DNA of 64,000 nt. Origin: Azolla caroliniana (taxonomy: Eukaryota; Plantae; Polypodiophyta). The translations under genes and the position numbers were made by a program. Location: positions 14,942,001-15,006,000 of the forward strand of contig JBHGNT010000001.1 in the NCBI GenBank assembly GCA_043228905.1. The letters run 5' to 3'. The notes under the pieces were generated by a model that was not told the DNA's origin, did not search any database, and worked only from the letters and a program-made list of their open reading frames with translations. Of the stretch, positions 36,371-50,700 are shown piece after piece; within the stretch, counting starts at the first letter, position 1; each line of letters starts with the position of its first letter.

Positions 36371-39300
36371 ATGGCTCAAATTAACGACCCGATGTCATCC
36401 GCTCAAGCGGAAGGAACTCAAGGGAATCCTCCTGGACAAATGTCCACTGAGATGTATTTTGCACAAATAAGCCAATACCTTAGTTTCACCGCTCAACAAA
36501 TGACCGAACTTCGGCAATCTCAAAGTGCTCTTGAGGCATGTGTCATTAGTCTACAACGTGAGACTAATAGACCTGATGAGCGACAAGGTGAGCCATCATT
36601 TGTCGTTAAGCCATTTATGGGAGACAAAAAGGAAAGAACCGAAGAAGCAATCTGCAAATGGCTAGGACGATGGGAGTCTCATTTTGAGCTCTATCCCACG
36701 CTAGATAGTACGAAGATTGCATATGTCGGGCGAGAACTCGGGGGTAAGGCCGCCGCCTGGTGGCGTGGGCTCCGTACTATGGGGAAATTGCCCGATACCT
36801 GGACAGATTTTGTCACGGTTTTTAAGGACCAATTTCTGCAACCTCCCTCTTGAACCAAGGTAGTACAAGCTTTAATGAACCTCTCTAGCAGAAAATTTTC
36901 CTCGCTAGAAGACTATGTTCACCATGCTAGAACCCAAATCCAAAAATCAGGTCTAGAAGGGGACAATTGGTTGATAGCTTGTTTTGTCAATGGCATCCCC
37001 AATTCGAACTATCATTGGATAGTGCACGATAAGGATCCAAAATCCTTCGAAGAGGCCGTTGAAATAGTTCTTCGCTATCAACGCACTTCGAAGAAGGACA
37101 ACAACAAACCCAACGAAGCGCCCGGGACTAAGCAATCGCAATTTGTTGGGAAATGTAAGACACCCAACGAATTCCTGGATCACGATTGTAAGCGACAACA
37201 TCCTTTTTGCGTATTCTGCAAAAAGAAGGGTCACACAAAAGAGCAATGTCGAAAGCTCCAATGGAAAGAGCACGACCGCAAACCTAAAGCTTCAGACCAT
37301 AAAGGTCAGATTCCTAATGTCCTTGAGGTCTATACACATCATTTAAGTAATTGTCAATGTTCTTTCCCTCACTATGTATTGGGTCCCAATGATTTACTAC
37401 GTGCAAACGGGTATATCAATGGATCTCCTGTACAATTTTTATTTGATTCAGGAAGCTCACACAATTTTGTGAATGATCATTTGGTTCAGATATGGGGAAT
37501 CCAACCCACCGTAAGTGATCACACCTACACGGTGCACTTGGTTGATGGAAGAGTACAATACATCAACGAGGCGATTCATTCATTAGGAATTTCTATTGAT
37601 ACTTATATAGAGGAAGTAGACTTCCATGTAATGAATCTTTGTACCACTGATGTAATACTGGGTTATCCCTGGTTTTATAATAAAAACTCTTCTTTATTTA
37701 TTGATTGGGTTCGCCATTCCATTTCTTTTGTACTGAACGATTGTACGCATTTTATTCGATGTATCAAAAAACAATCCCTCTCGATTGTTTCCTCGTGTTC
37801 ATCAAAATCCAAGTTGTCTTGTTCTACGTTATTTTATTGTGTACTTGATCCAGACATTCACGTTTACAATATCGATAATGTCTCGGTTCAATTAACAGAT
37901 TTTGAACAACAACAACTTGATGAAATCTTAAATGATTTTTGTGATGTTTTTCCGAGTGAACTACCAGATGGCTTACCTCCTAAACGTAATCTAGACCATC
38001 GTATAGATATTGTACCTGCGGTTGCACCAATAAGTATACCTCCTTATCGCTTAAGTCGATCCAAAGAGGATGAGGTATCTAAGCAACTCAGGGACTATTT
38101 ATGAATGGGTTATATACGTTATAGTAAATCTCCATGGGGTGCACCAATTCTCTTGGTTAAAAAGGAGGGCACATGGCGTATGTGTATTAATTACCGACGC
38201 TTGAATAAAGTGACGATCAAGAATTCGTATCCATTGCCCCGGGCTGACGATCTAATTGACCGTCTCCAGGGAGCTCGGTATTTTACGAAACTTGATCTCC
38301 GTACTGGCTACCATCAAATACGAATAATTGAGGACGATGTTCCTAAAACGACATTTCGTACGCGCTATGGCCATTACAAGTTTTTGGTTATGCCTTTTGG
38401 TTTGACCAATGCTCCGGCTACTTTTCAACAAGAAATGAATGACATTTTCCGAGAACAACTTGGAAAATTTGTCGTTATTTTCTTGGATGATATTTTAGTT
38501 TATAGTCGTACATTAAAAGAACATGCTAGACATGTCCGCTTTGTTTTACAAATATTGCGTGATAAACAGTTTTACGCGAAGATCTCAAAATGTGAGTTCT
38601 TCAAGAAATCAATTACTTATCTAGGACATCTCATAACCGAACGAGGAGTTGAAATTGATCCTTCTCGCATTGAGAAAATCAAGCTTTGGCACACTCTTCG
38701 GAATATTCGAGAAGTTCGATCATTCCTTGGTTTTGTCAGGTTTTTGCGAAAGTCTCTTCGTAATTACTCCCAATTGACGACGCCGTTTACTGATCTTTTA
38801 AAAGGTCAAACACGTAACTCTACAAAACCTATTGTGTGGAATGCTACACTAGACCTCGCCTTTAAGGAACTCAAGGACCTGGTTTGCAAGGCTCCTTCAC
38901 TTCTTTTACCTGATCCTTCAAAACCTTTTGAGGTTGAAACCGATGCAAGCGATTATGCTATAGGTGTTGTCTTGTATCAAGATGGTAAACCAATAGCATT
39001 CGAGAGTAAGAAACTTGATTCTGCTCAATGTCGGTATACCGTCCAAGAAAAGGAATTATTTGCAATTATACATGCGCTCAAAACATGGCGCCATTATCTT
39101 TATGGAAATCGCTTTGTGGTAACTACGGACCACGAGTCCTTGAAATATTTTTGTGACCAACAAGACCTGAAAGGTCGTAAGGCACGATGGGCTGATCTCA
39201 TCCAGGACTTTGATTTTTCCATACGATATCGTAAAGGTTCCATGAACACTGTCGCTGATGCACTAAGTTGGAACTGTGAAGTTAACATGATTAGCTTCAC

Positions 39301-40770
39301 TAAAATAACATCAAATCTTTATGATCACCTTCGAGGAAAGTATCCTGATGACAGTTATTTTGCAAAATACTAGGCAAGAGTTGAGTCTGGAACAGACACC
39401 ACCACATCTTCGAAGGAATACTTCCACATTGCTAACGGTTTGCTCTACCGTAATGGGAAGGTTTGTGTTCCAGATTTACCCGAGGTCAAAAAGAGGATTC
39501 TTTTTTAATGCCATGATGCACCCTCAGCAGGGCACCCTGGAATACATCGTACACTCGTTCTCATCTCCACTGAATTTTATTGGCCTAAGATGCGTCCTGA
39601 CATACATAGCTATGTGATTAAATGTCACCAATGTCAGGTTAACAAAGCCGAGTGACTTAAAGCCCTTGGACATTCCCAATAATAAGTGGGAAAGTATATA
39701 CATGGATTTTATTGTTAGCCTTCCTCGCACCCAAAAAGGTCATGACGCCATCTGGGTTGTCGTTCATCGACTAACTAAAATGGCCAGATTTATTGCTACT
39801 AAAACCTGGTAACAGCTCCTGAATTGGCTTACCAATTCGTTGACGAATTATTTCGTTTTTATGGGTTATCGATGGATATCATGAGTGATCAAGATCCAAA
39901 GTTTACTAGTGACTTCTAGACGCAAGTCTTTAAGAAGTTAGAAACTATGTTGAGCATGAGCTCCACGGATCATCCTCAATCCGATGGACAGACAGAACGA
40001 GTAAATCAAATTATTGAGGACATGCTTCGAGCATACGTTGGTGCAAAACCAACAAAATGGGAACGTTATCTCCCAATTTTGGAGTTTGCTTATAACAACT
40101 CCAAGCATACGTCGACGGGATATAGTCCTTTTATGTTGATGTATGGTTTTTAGCCACGAGCCCCGATTGATGTTAATATACATCATGATGAGTTGCGAAG
40201 TACGCAAAACTTTCTTTGGGATATGCAAGATATGTTACATATTGCACGAGATAATATAAAAACAGCTCAAGATAGAGCGCGTTTTTATGCCGACCATCAT
40301 AGGCAACCTCGTGTATTCAACCCTGGACAGTAGGTGTTTTTACGTGTACCTCACAATTCTAAGACATTGTCTACGGGTAAGTGCGCTAAGTTAGCCCCAC
40401 GGTTTTGTGGACCTTTTACATTCCTCAAACACATTGGGTCATCAGCCTATCGTCTCACTCTTCCCGATGGTGTTGGAATTCATCTAGTCTTCCATGTGAG
40501 TCGTCTAAAAGAACTTCTAGGTTCTGGCGACAACACAGTTACAACTGAAACTCTGGTTACTTCTGAAGATTTATCTTAGAAAACCACATGTACCAGAAAG
40601 AATTCTCGATGTTAAAACAAAAAAGTTACGTACTAAAGAAATCCGAGAATTTAAAATTAAATGGATGGACAAATCTATCAAAGATGCCACATGGGAACGC
40701 GAGAATACTCTAAGAACAAACTTCCCTAAGTTTCCATTGCAAGAGTGCAATGTTTTAAAGAAGGGGAGTA
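36371..40770 (+). pseudogene. chromovirus H gag-pol with C-terminal chromodomain (nonsense mutations; frameshifts in the integrase)
   Basis: Contains [54 protein letters not shown] and the chromodomain PERILD...FKIKWMDKSIKDATWE. Confidence 0.92.
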
Positions 40771-41392
40771 TGTTACGGGCATGACCATTTAATATCCTTT
40801 GGTGAGAATTTACCGTAGTATTCTATACACGTGGATAAGTGTGAGGGTTAAACGAGAGTGTAAAGAAGGGGAGGATTACTTTTAATCTTCGGGATTGAGA
40901 CAACCCATTAGGTCAAGTGTGAACTTGCTTGGGGGCCTTGGGTATTGCTATAAATAAGAGGCCTAGCTACCCTCATTTGATCATCTTTTGACTACATCGA
41001 GACTCTGCTCTTATGGTGGGTCAACTCTTGTAGCGAGCGCGCCAGCACCAGGTACGACTCGACACCACGGCGGTGGTATGGGACGCCGATCGAGACTCGA
41101 GTCCGTCTCGATCCCTTCGCTCGGGGGTGGTCGGGTGGATCGGCACCCTTCTTTCTCTTTCTCCTTTCTATCTATCATTAGTTTATCCTTATCTTAAGCT
41201 TACTTTAGTACCTAGATCTCTAATACTCCCCGTATACTCCTACAGGTAACTGTAAAAGAATACGTGTGTGGAAGTGTATGCGAAAGACACAGAGTACACG
41301 GTTTGGAAGTATGACAGTTTGGTAAAACGCAGAAATCACAGAGAAGGAGATGGAGAGACAGAGAGAGTAGAAAACGAAACTATATTAAAAAA

Positions 41393-44300
41393 TGTTGAGA
41401 GACAAGCTCAACATCGGCCGGATCGGCTGAAGAAGCCGAGGACCGGATCGGTTGGCATCGATTGGTTAGGCCGAGTGCGTAAATCGGGAGGCCGTTTGGA
41501 AGATATTCCATGAGGAATATATTTGGGAGTTAGTGTAGGAGCTCTTAAAGAGCATTGAAGTACGGTCAGTACTTCGGTCAGTCCTTCGAGGACTTGTATA
41601 AAAGTGTTCATGGAACACACATATGTATAGAGTTGTGAATAGAGTTTTAATATAGTTCTGGTGTTTTCTCTTTCTCACTCTCTCTGTCTCTCCCGCGTAT
41701 ACTGCGTGAGCTCAAGCTCTCCATTAAACCTGAGCTTTCTTCCTTCTGTTCGGTCTTCACACTTGCTTCCGCACGCTACTTTTTACATGGTATCAAAGCG
41801 CGAGGGTTGAGAACCTCTCTGCAGCCGACACAACTTGACGAAGAAGAACAAGAAGAACGATGGATAGAGGCATGGCGAGCTCGCTTCCAACAGAGAAGCT
41901 CGACAGAACCAACTACGCGTCTTGGTCTTACAAGATGCACCAGTACCTGCTCGGGCACGGCTACTGGAGTTATGTCGAAGGAGCTAATGACGCGGCACCC
42001 GAATCGACACACAAAGACTTCCCGTCGTGGGAGCAATCGGCGAGCAGGGTAGTATACTACTTCACGTCGTGTGTGGGCGAACAGCTATTGAGCTATGTTC
42101 AGGATGCAAAGACGCCGAAGGGTGTGTGGGAAAATCTGAAGAAGATTTTCGCCGCAAGCACCATAGCCAGGAAGCTTCAGCTCCGACAGGAGTTGAGCAA
42201 CCTACGACAACGCGACTTGTCGGTGGCGGACTATACCTCGAAGATCAAGGATATCTGCGACTCCCTCGCCTCCATAGAGGTGAACATCGAGGAGAGTGAG
42301 ATGGTCCATATCTGTCTCGGAGGTTTGGCGTCGAAGTTCGGAGCGTTCCAAACGGCTGTGTGTACTCGGGAGAATATGTTGTCCTTTTTCGACTTACAGT
42401 CAATGCTCCTGGTAGAGGAGAACCACGCGGGTGCGTCTACAAGCACGCACACCGAAAGCAGAATGTTGTACACGGAGGGAGATAGGCCCCGTGGACGTGG
42501 AGGACGAGGCGAGTCGGCGCGCAATGGAGGCGGCCGACGAGATCAAGGAAGAAGGCACCGAAGTGATGCCGACAACAACTCCGGACCCTACGGAAACAGG
42601 GGGAGTCGAAGCGATGAGAACCGGCAAGGGAAGGCCATCGTGGAATGCTGGAAGAAGCGCGCCGATTCGGAGAGAACCGGTTCCGGAAATGGCTCCGGAC
42701 ATACCGACAAGGGAAATCGGCAGCGATCACACTATGCTGAAGACTCCGGGAGAGCCAGAGAAGGGTCTGCCTTCGTGACGAGACACGAAGAAATGTCAAT
42801 GAAACGGATCAACCCGAGATTGGACGAGGTGTGGTACGTAGACTCCGGTGCGTCAAACCACATGACAAGCCATAAGGAGTGGTTCTCGTACCTTGAAAAA
42901 CCGATACAACCTGGAGTAGTCGCAACTAGAGACGACACTCCGCATCCGATCGCGAATGTCGGAGAAGTTCCACTTAGCCATGTCGGGCAAAAAGGGAAAC
43001 TCATGAACGTGTTGCACGTTCCGACAATCACGAAGAACTTGGTCTCGGTCGGACAGATCGTCGACCAAGGGATGGAGGTTTGGTTTACACACCTCGGGTG
43101 CTTCATTGAGGAAGAAGGCCGTGTGATTGCGCAAGGGCGCAGAGACGGGAGGATGTTCATCCTCGACTCCACTGACGGCGGCCCCACAATGTTCGCGAAG
43201 GGAAGAAAAACCGAGTCGGACATCGACTTGTCGCACAAGCGGATAGGCCACGACAACTACCAGCGGCTTCATGATCTGCAATCGAAATAGGTAGTGTTCG
43301 GATTGCCTAAATTTAGTGGCCGAAAGGCACAAATTTGTGAAGCTGGCCAACTCGGGAAACAACACCGACTTCCTTTCCCCAACGAGCAAAACCGGAGCCG
43401 GTATAAGCTCGACCTTATACACTCCGATGTATGGGGGCAGGCACAAAACGTTAGCCTTGGCAGGAGCCGATATTTCGTCTCCTTCATCGACGAGCACACG
43501 CGGCACACGCGGATCTACCTCATTTAGAGGAAGAGCGAAGTATTCGACTGTTTCCGGGACCTCAAAGGGTTCGTGGAAACGGAAACGGGTCGAAAGATCA
43601 AGTGCCTGCGGTCAGATGGCGGGAAAGAGTATTTTTCTGGTCAATGCAACGGTTATCTACAACAAATGGGAATTCGGCGCAAATTTAGTTGTAGATACAC
43701 GCCAGAGCAGAACGGCGTGGCCGAGAGGAAGAATTGGTCAGTTGTGGAAGCGGCACGGGCAATGTTGGAGGAGAAGAGCTTGCCCAAGTTCTATTGGGCC
43801 GAGGCGGTAAGGACCGCGGTATACATCCAGAACTGGATCAGAGACAAAGTGTCGGCGCACGAGCTGTATTTCGGAACGAAGCCGAACTTGCGACACTTGA
43901 GGGTGTTCGGTAGCATTGCGTATGTGCATGTACCGAAGGAGAAAAGGAGGAAGCTGGACGCAAAGGCCGAGAAATGCACCTTGGTCGGTTACTCGGACGA
44001 GCAGAAGGGTTATAAGTGTTATAACCCTCGCACCAAACAAGCGCACGTTAGCCGCGACGTTGTGTTTGACGAGTCCGCGTCCTGGTACCAGCCCCCGACT
44101 CTGAACCCCGACTCCAATCCGAGCTCTAACGATGAGGTCAGCGAGGCCGAGATGCGTCCGGATGAGCCCGAAATCGAGACCCGCGAAGAGAGTCCGATTT
44201 CACTCCATTTAAGTGGACCGATTGGACGACTGAGTCGGTACGGCCAGTCCGATGAAGAGCCGGCGAGTAGTGGAGACTGGGCCGTGCATTCCCCGCGCAG

Positions 44301-47020
44301 GAAGCCGAGGAGACGGCTCACGTGCAAAAAGAAAGGGAAGAAGAAGGTGTCGGATTCCGGCACGGATAGGAACGAGTTAGACTGACGCGAGTCCGACTCC
44401 GAGGGAACCGGTGACGGGTCTTTAAAGGTGAAGTCCGCGACGACCGAGAAAGCCTCGACATCAGCTAATGTGAGATTACGCTGATCTACCCGCCAGAAGA
44501 ATCCTGTTTTGCGGTTCGGATACAACGAGTACATGGCGCATCATTATGCGTACATGACCCGTGTAGCGGAAGTGCGTGAGCCGGAGAGCTACGCAGAAGC
44601 GGCTAAAGACACGACTTGGCGTGCCGCGATGGAGGAAGAGATGCACGCATTGGCGGAGAACAAGACATGGGGCCTGGTTGACGCACCGAAGGGTGTGAAG
44701 CCGATCGGGTGTAGGTGGGTGTACAAGGTCAAGTACAACACCGATGGCTCGGTCAACCAGTACAAGGCTCAGCTTGTGGCAAAGGGCTACGCGCAGAAAC
44801 ACGGCATCGACTACGATGAGACGTTTGCGCCGGTCGCAAAAATGACGACCGTCCGTGTTTTGCTCGCAGTAGCTGCGGTGAAGGGGTGGCACTTACATCA
44901 GATGGATGTAAAGAATGCGTTCCTGCAAGGTGACCTTGAGGAACAGGTGTACATGGTACAGCCCCCCAGATTTCATTCTGGAACAAACTCCTCGACAGTA
45001 TCCCGACTGAAGAAGTCCCTTTACGGACTGAAGCAAGCCTCGCGTGCCTGGAACGCGAAGATCACGCAACAACTGCGTCGGATGGGCTTCGTCATGTCAA
45101 AATCGGACTCTTCCCTGTTCATCCAGAAAGGTCGACTCGGACCGGTTAGTATTTTACTATATGTTGATGACTTGGTCATCACCGGCGCCGACCTACGTGA
45201 AATCGACTGTGTGAAGCTCCAGCTTGCGGCATCGTTCGACATGAAGGATCTGGGGGACCTTCATTACTTCCTCGGGATCGAAGTGATCCGTACCCCCGAA
45301 GGCATGTTGATCAACCAACGTCACTATGTGCTGAGTATGCTCTTCAAATTCGGGATGGCCGACTGTAAGTCAGTCTCGACTCCTCTAGACAGAACCGTCA
45401 AGCTTCGTCCCGATACGGGAACGGTATGCGACCCGACGAGGTTCCGACAAATTGTCACCATCACCTGACCCGACCTCTGTTATCCAGTCGGAATGATCAG
45501 TTAGTTCATGGCGCGACCTACCGAGGAGCACCTTCAGTGTGCGCAATGCATACTTCGGTATGTCAACGGCACTAAGGACCGGGGACTGCTATATCGGACT
45601 GGTGCAGCTGCATAGTTAGTCGGCTACACCCAGGTTGATTGGGCTGGCAACGCCGCCGATCGCCGATCCACGTCCAGATACGCGTTCTCCCTCGGGGATG
45701 CCGCGATCGCGTGGAGCAGTAAGAAGCAGCCGACAGTCGAGCACCGAAGCTGAGTACCGAGCGGCTGTCGCGACATGCGAAGCCATATGGTTGAAGCGGC
45801 TACTTAAGGACCTGCAAGAGGAGGTGTCAGATCCGACGATGATCTACTACGACAACCTTAGCAGCATCCAGCTCGCGAAAAACCCCGTTTTCCACGCACG
45901 GACCAAGCACATTGAGGTGCACTACCACTTCGTCTGTGAGCGTGTCCTTTCCGGTGAAGTTGAACTTCAGTACGTTTCGACGGATCAGCAGACTGCCGAC
46001 ATCTTCACCAAGCCTCTTGGTCTGGACAAGTTGCGGCAATTCTCAGGTGCGCTCGGATTGCGTCACCTTGACGTGCCAAACTTGAGGGGGAGAACAGTCC
46101 CGAACGACCAAGCAAGGCAACAGGAAAGGAGCGGAAACCGCGACACCACCAAGTCGGTTGACTCGATTGTCGAGTTCGACTTTGGATCGGCTGAAGAAGC
46201 CGAGGGCGGACCCGCGGAAAAGTCCGGAAGCGGACAGAAGAGGAGCAGCCGAAGGAGAAAGCTGAAGCCAACCACGCATGGGGAAGATGACACCATCGAG
46301 GGCGAGAAGACTGAAGACGAGTTGGAGACAGCCAACTCTGACGAGAGCGAAAACTGATCGGAGGTAGCCGAGTCGGTTCGGATGTGTGATTCAGATACGC
46401 TGAATCAACCGAGGCCCAAGCGGAAGAAAAGGAAGCAGGAGAAGCGTCAACACCGCAACAACAAAAGAGCTGATAAGGGCCACGTGAGCAGACAAGCCGA
46501 CCGGAAGGGTCGAAGCGTGCGGAGTCGAACAGGTCGTGGAGCGCGAGCGAGGCGTGAAGCCAGGAGGAACCGGAGCTGTGAGCCCGAGGATCCCGAAGAG
46601 CCTCGAGTTGACCTTGAGGGGGAGTGTTGAGAGACAAGCTCAACATCGGCCGGATTGGCTGAAGAAGCCGAGGACCGGATCGGTTGGGACGGATCGGTTA
46701 GGCCAAGTGCGTAAACCGGGAGGTCGTTAGGAAAGATATTTCGTGAGGAATATATTTGGGAGTTAGTGTAGGAGCTCTTAAAGAGCATTGAAGTACGGTC
46801 AATACTTCGGTCAGTCCTTCGAGGACTTGTATAAAAGTGTTCATGGAACACACATATGTATAGAGTTGTGAATAGAGTTTTAATATATTTCTGGTGTTTT
46901 CTCTTTCTCACTCTCTTTGTCTCTCCCGCGTATACTGCGTAAGCTCAAGCTCTCCATTAAACCTGAGCTTTCTTCCTTCTGTTCGGTCTTCACACTTGCT
47001 TCCGCATGCTACTTTTTACA
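41393..47020 (+). mobile_element. copia J (family 2), full length
   Basis: LTRs 41393-41787 and 46625-47020, PBS 41788-41799, PPT 46614-46624 and TSD AAAAA. Confidence 0.95.
41860..46357 (+). pseudogene. copia J gag-pol (several stops and small deletions)
   Basis: Gag, WYVDSGAS, IHSDVWG, RSDGG, QNGVAER, LLYVDDL, ADIFTKPL and an acidic tail. Confidence 0.93.
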
Positions 47021-47799
47021 AAAAATAATTCTCTGTATGTTCTCTGTACATACTTTGTGCTCAGTGAGCACCTTTTATACAAACCCTGACTATTGGGTTG
47101 ACACAAGTACTTACAGTACTTGACTGCTCATAAATGAGCATCCTACACTTACTCCCGACATTATTCCTTACAAGGAATAGCATTCTAACGACCTCTCAGA
47201 TTACACACCGCCATGACCATATTGTGCGTACAGTTTTACGCACCTAGTCTACGCACCCGTTTACACACCCAATGTTGAGCTTGTCTCACAACACTCCCCC
47301 TCAAGCTCAACTTGAGGTTCCATCTGCTTTTCCGGCCTCTCTTGACTTCACGCCTCGCTCGCGCTCCTCGACCTGTTCGATTCTGCGTGCTTCGACCCTT
47401 CTGGTCGGCTTGTTTGCTCATGTGGCCTCTCAGCACCCTTGTTGTCGTGGTGTTGGCGCCTCTTTCATTGCCCTTTCCTCTGCTTGGTCCTCAGTCAATT
47501 CCTAATGTCTGAATCAAACATTTGGATTGAATTGGTCACTACCAATTCAATTCCACTTTCGCTCGAATTGGTTGTCTCCAATTCGTCTTCTGTTTTCAGG
47601 CCCTTGACAACATCAGACCACGTATTGATCTTGGCCTTTACGCCCTTCTTGGCTATATTTCCCGTTTGTTCTTCTGTCTTTCGCTCTTCCTTGCGATTAC
47701 GACCCTTGTTTTTTTCTTCGGCTTCTTCAGCCGGCCGAAATCAAATTCTTCATCCGTCTCGGCATCGCGGTCACTACTGCTCCTTTCACGTTCACACTC

Positions 47800-50700
47800 T
47801 TGTTGTCTACCCCTCAAGTTAGGCGTGTCAACAAACCCAGCTCACCCGAGAAATGCCGCAACTTGTCAAGACCAAGGAGCTTGGTGAAGATGTCGGCAAT
47901 CATATACTAGTTCGACTTCACTAGAAAGGACACGCTCACAGACAAAATAGTAGTGCACCTCAATGTGCTTGGTCCGGGCGTGGAATACAGGATTTTTCGC
48001 AAGGTGGATACTGATGAGGTTGTCGCAATAGATCATCGTCAGTTCAGACACCTCCACATGCAGATTCCGTAATAGACGTTTCAGCAAAATGACCTCGCAC
48101 ATAGCGACAGTCGCCCCTCGATATTCGGCCTCCGTGGTCGACAACACTACTGTCCTTTGCTTCTTACTGCTCCATGTGATCGCCACACTCCCCAATGAGA
48201 ATGCGTATCCGGATGTGGATCTATGATTTTGAGCATTTCTGGCCCAATCAGCATCTGTGTAGCCAACTAACTGTTCGGCTACACCTGTCCGATATAGCAA
48301 TGCCATGTCCTTAGTGCCGCTGGCATATCGCAATATCCTTTCCGCACATTGAAAGTGTTCGGCTGTGGGCTGCGACATAAATTGACTGATCAAGCCGATC
48401 GGGTAACTGAGATATGGTCGTGTGATCGTCAAGTAGATTAGGCTTTTGACAATCTGTTAGAACCGTGTCGGGTCACATGCCTTTCCCGAATCTCGGCGAA
48501 GCTTTACGTTTTTATCTAGAGGGGTTGAGATGGGCTTACAATTTGCCATCCCGAAATTAAAGAGCATGTTCAACACGTAATGACGTTGGCTGATCAATAT
48601 GCCTTCGGGGGATCGGATCACTTCGGTCTCGAGGAAGTAATGAAGGTCTCCAAGATCCTTCATTTCGAAAGATGCCGCAAGTTGTGACTTGACGCGGCCG
48701 ATTTCTTCAAGGTCGGCACCGGTGATGACTAAATCATCAACATAAAGTAAAAGAAAAACCGGTCCATGTCTATGTTGCCAAACGAACAATGAAGAGTCTG
48801 ATCTGGACGTTGTAAACCCCATTCTACGCAACAGTTGCATAATCTTCGCGTTCCAAGCTTGCGGGGCTTGTTTAAGTCCGTATAACGCCTTCTTCAATCG
48901 GCAAACTACTGAAGTGTTCTGTTTGGAAAGAAATTCGGGGGGTTGTACCATGTACACATGTTCCTCCAGATCGCCTTGCAGGAACACATTTTTTTACATC
49001 CATCTGATGTAATTGCCACCCCTTCGCCGCTACTACGGCTAGCAGAACTAGGACGGTCGTCATCTTCGCGACTAGTGCGAAGGTCTCGTTGTAATCTACG
49101 TCGTGCTTCTACGCGTAGCCATTTGCAAGCAAACGGGCCTTATATTGGTTGATCGAGCCATTGGTGTTGTATTTCACCTTAAACACCCATCTGCATCCAA
49201 TCGGCTTAACACCTTTACACGGGTCAGCTTGGTCCCAAGTCTCGTTGTCCGATAATGTGCGCATCTCTTCCTCCATCGCGGCACGCCAGTTTGCGTTTTC
49301 TATGGTGTTTGCGTAGCTCTTCGGCTCACGCACTTCCGCCACTCGTATCATGTACGCGAAATTGGGCGCCATGTATTCATTGTACCCGTATCTTTTTACG
49401 GGGTTCTTTAGGTGAGTAGATTGGCGTAATTCATGATTACCCAATTTCACGACCTTTTCGGTCGATTTCGACCTATTCCGTGGAGGTTCCTTCTCGATTG
49501 GCCCGAAGTCAGATTCACTCTTATCTAAGTTGGCACTGCCAAAATCATATTCCAGAATTTTCTTCTTCCCTTTTTCTTTACACGTAAACCGTCTCCTTAG
49601 TTCTTTATGCAGGGACAACATGGCCGAGTCTCCACTACTCACCAACTCTTCATTTGGTTGGCCATCTCGGCCCAACCCCTCATTCGGCCCAACAAGATTA
49701 GACTCTCTGTCAAAGCTCTGATTTCCTCATCACGCGGAGGCAGCTCGTCCTTGCTGAACTGTTCCCTAGAATTCGGAATGGAGTCATGAGGTATTGCAGG
49801 TGAAGGTAAGTACCACGATGCAGACTCGTCGAACACGACATCTCGGCTTATGTGAACTTCCTTTGTTTGGGGGTTATAACACTTATACCCCTTCTGCTCA
49901 TCTAATTAACTGACCAAGATACACTTCTCGGCTTTGGCGTCTAGCTTCCTCCTCTTCTCCATCGGCACATGCACATACGCAATGCTGCCGAAAATCCTCA
50001 AATGTGCAAATACAACTCATGTGGCGAAACTCCTCCATTAACAGAAGTCCAATTCTGCAAATAAACAACCATCCTCACGGCTTCACCTAGTAAAACTTTG
50101 GCATATGCTTCTCTTCAAGCATTGCCCTGGCGGCTTCTTCGATTGTTCGATTCTTCCGTTCGGCTACGCCATTCTGCTCCGACGTATATCTACACGAGAA
50201 TTCGCGTCGAATTCCCTCCTTCAGTAGATAACTCGTGAACTGGTTGGAGAAGTACTCCTTCCCGCCATCGGACTGTAGGCATTTGATCTTACGCCCTGTT
50301 TCCCATTCTGCAAGGTTCTTTACCTTCAGGAAACATGCGAAGACTTTGCTCTTCTTCGCGATCGCACATGCCCAGGTATGCCGAGTGAAGTCATCGAGGA
50401 AGGTTATGAAGTAACGGCTACCACCGAAACTCACGTTCTGTGTTGGTCCCCACACATCCGAATGGATCACATCCAACGGATTTCGACTACAATTACGTTC
50501 ATTGGGGAATGGAAGTCGGTGGTGCTTCCCTAGTTCACAGGCTTCGCAGACTTGGCCATTACGACACCGAAATTTTGGCAATCCAAAAACAATATTCTTC
50601 GTCTTCATTGCATGAAGTCGTGGGAAGTTAATGTGGTCGAACCACTTGTGCCACAGGTCGATGTCCGACTCGACCTTCGGTCCTTTTGCGAACAACGCGG

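Larger units (their letters stand above)
34296..41225 (+). mobile_element. Ty3/gypsy chromovirus H, full length
   Basis: LTRs 34296-34750 and 40771-41225, iMet PBS 34753-34764, PPT 40757-40768 and TSD CTCCC. Confidence 0.96.

Noticed and set aside
46005-46646. 213-aa antisense ORF at the copia J 3' end as an extra gene
   Set aside because: It has a non-ATG start and low complexity, and the equivalent frames in B, I and K are much shorter. It cannot be supported without a family alignment.
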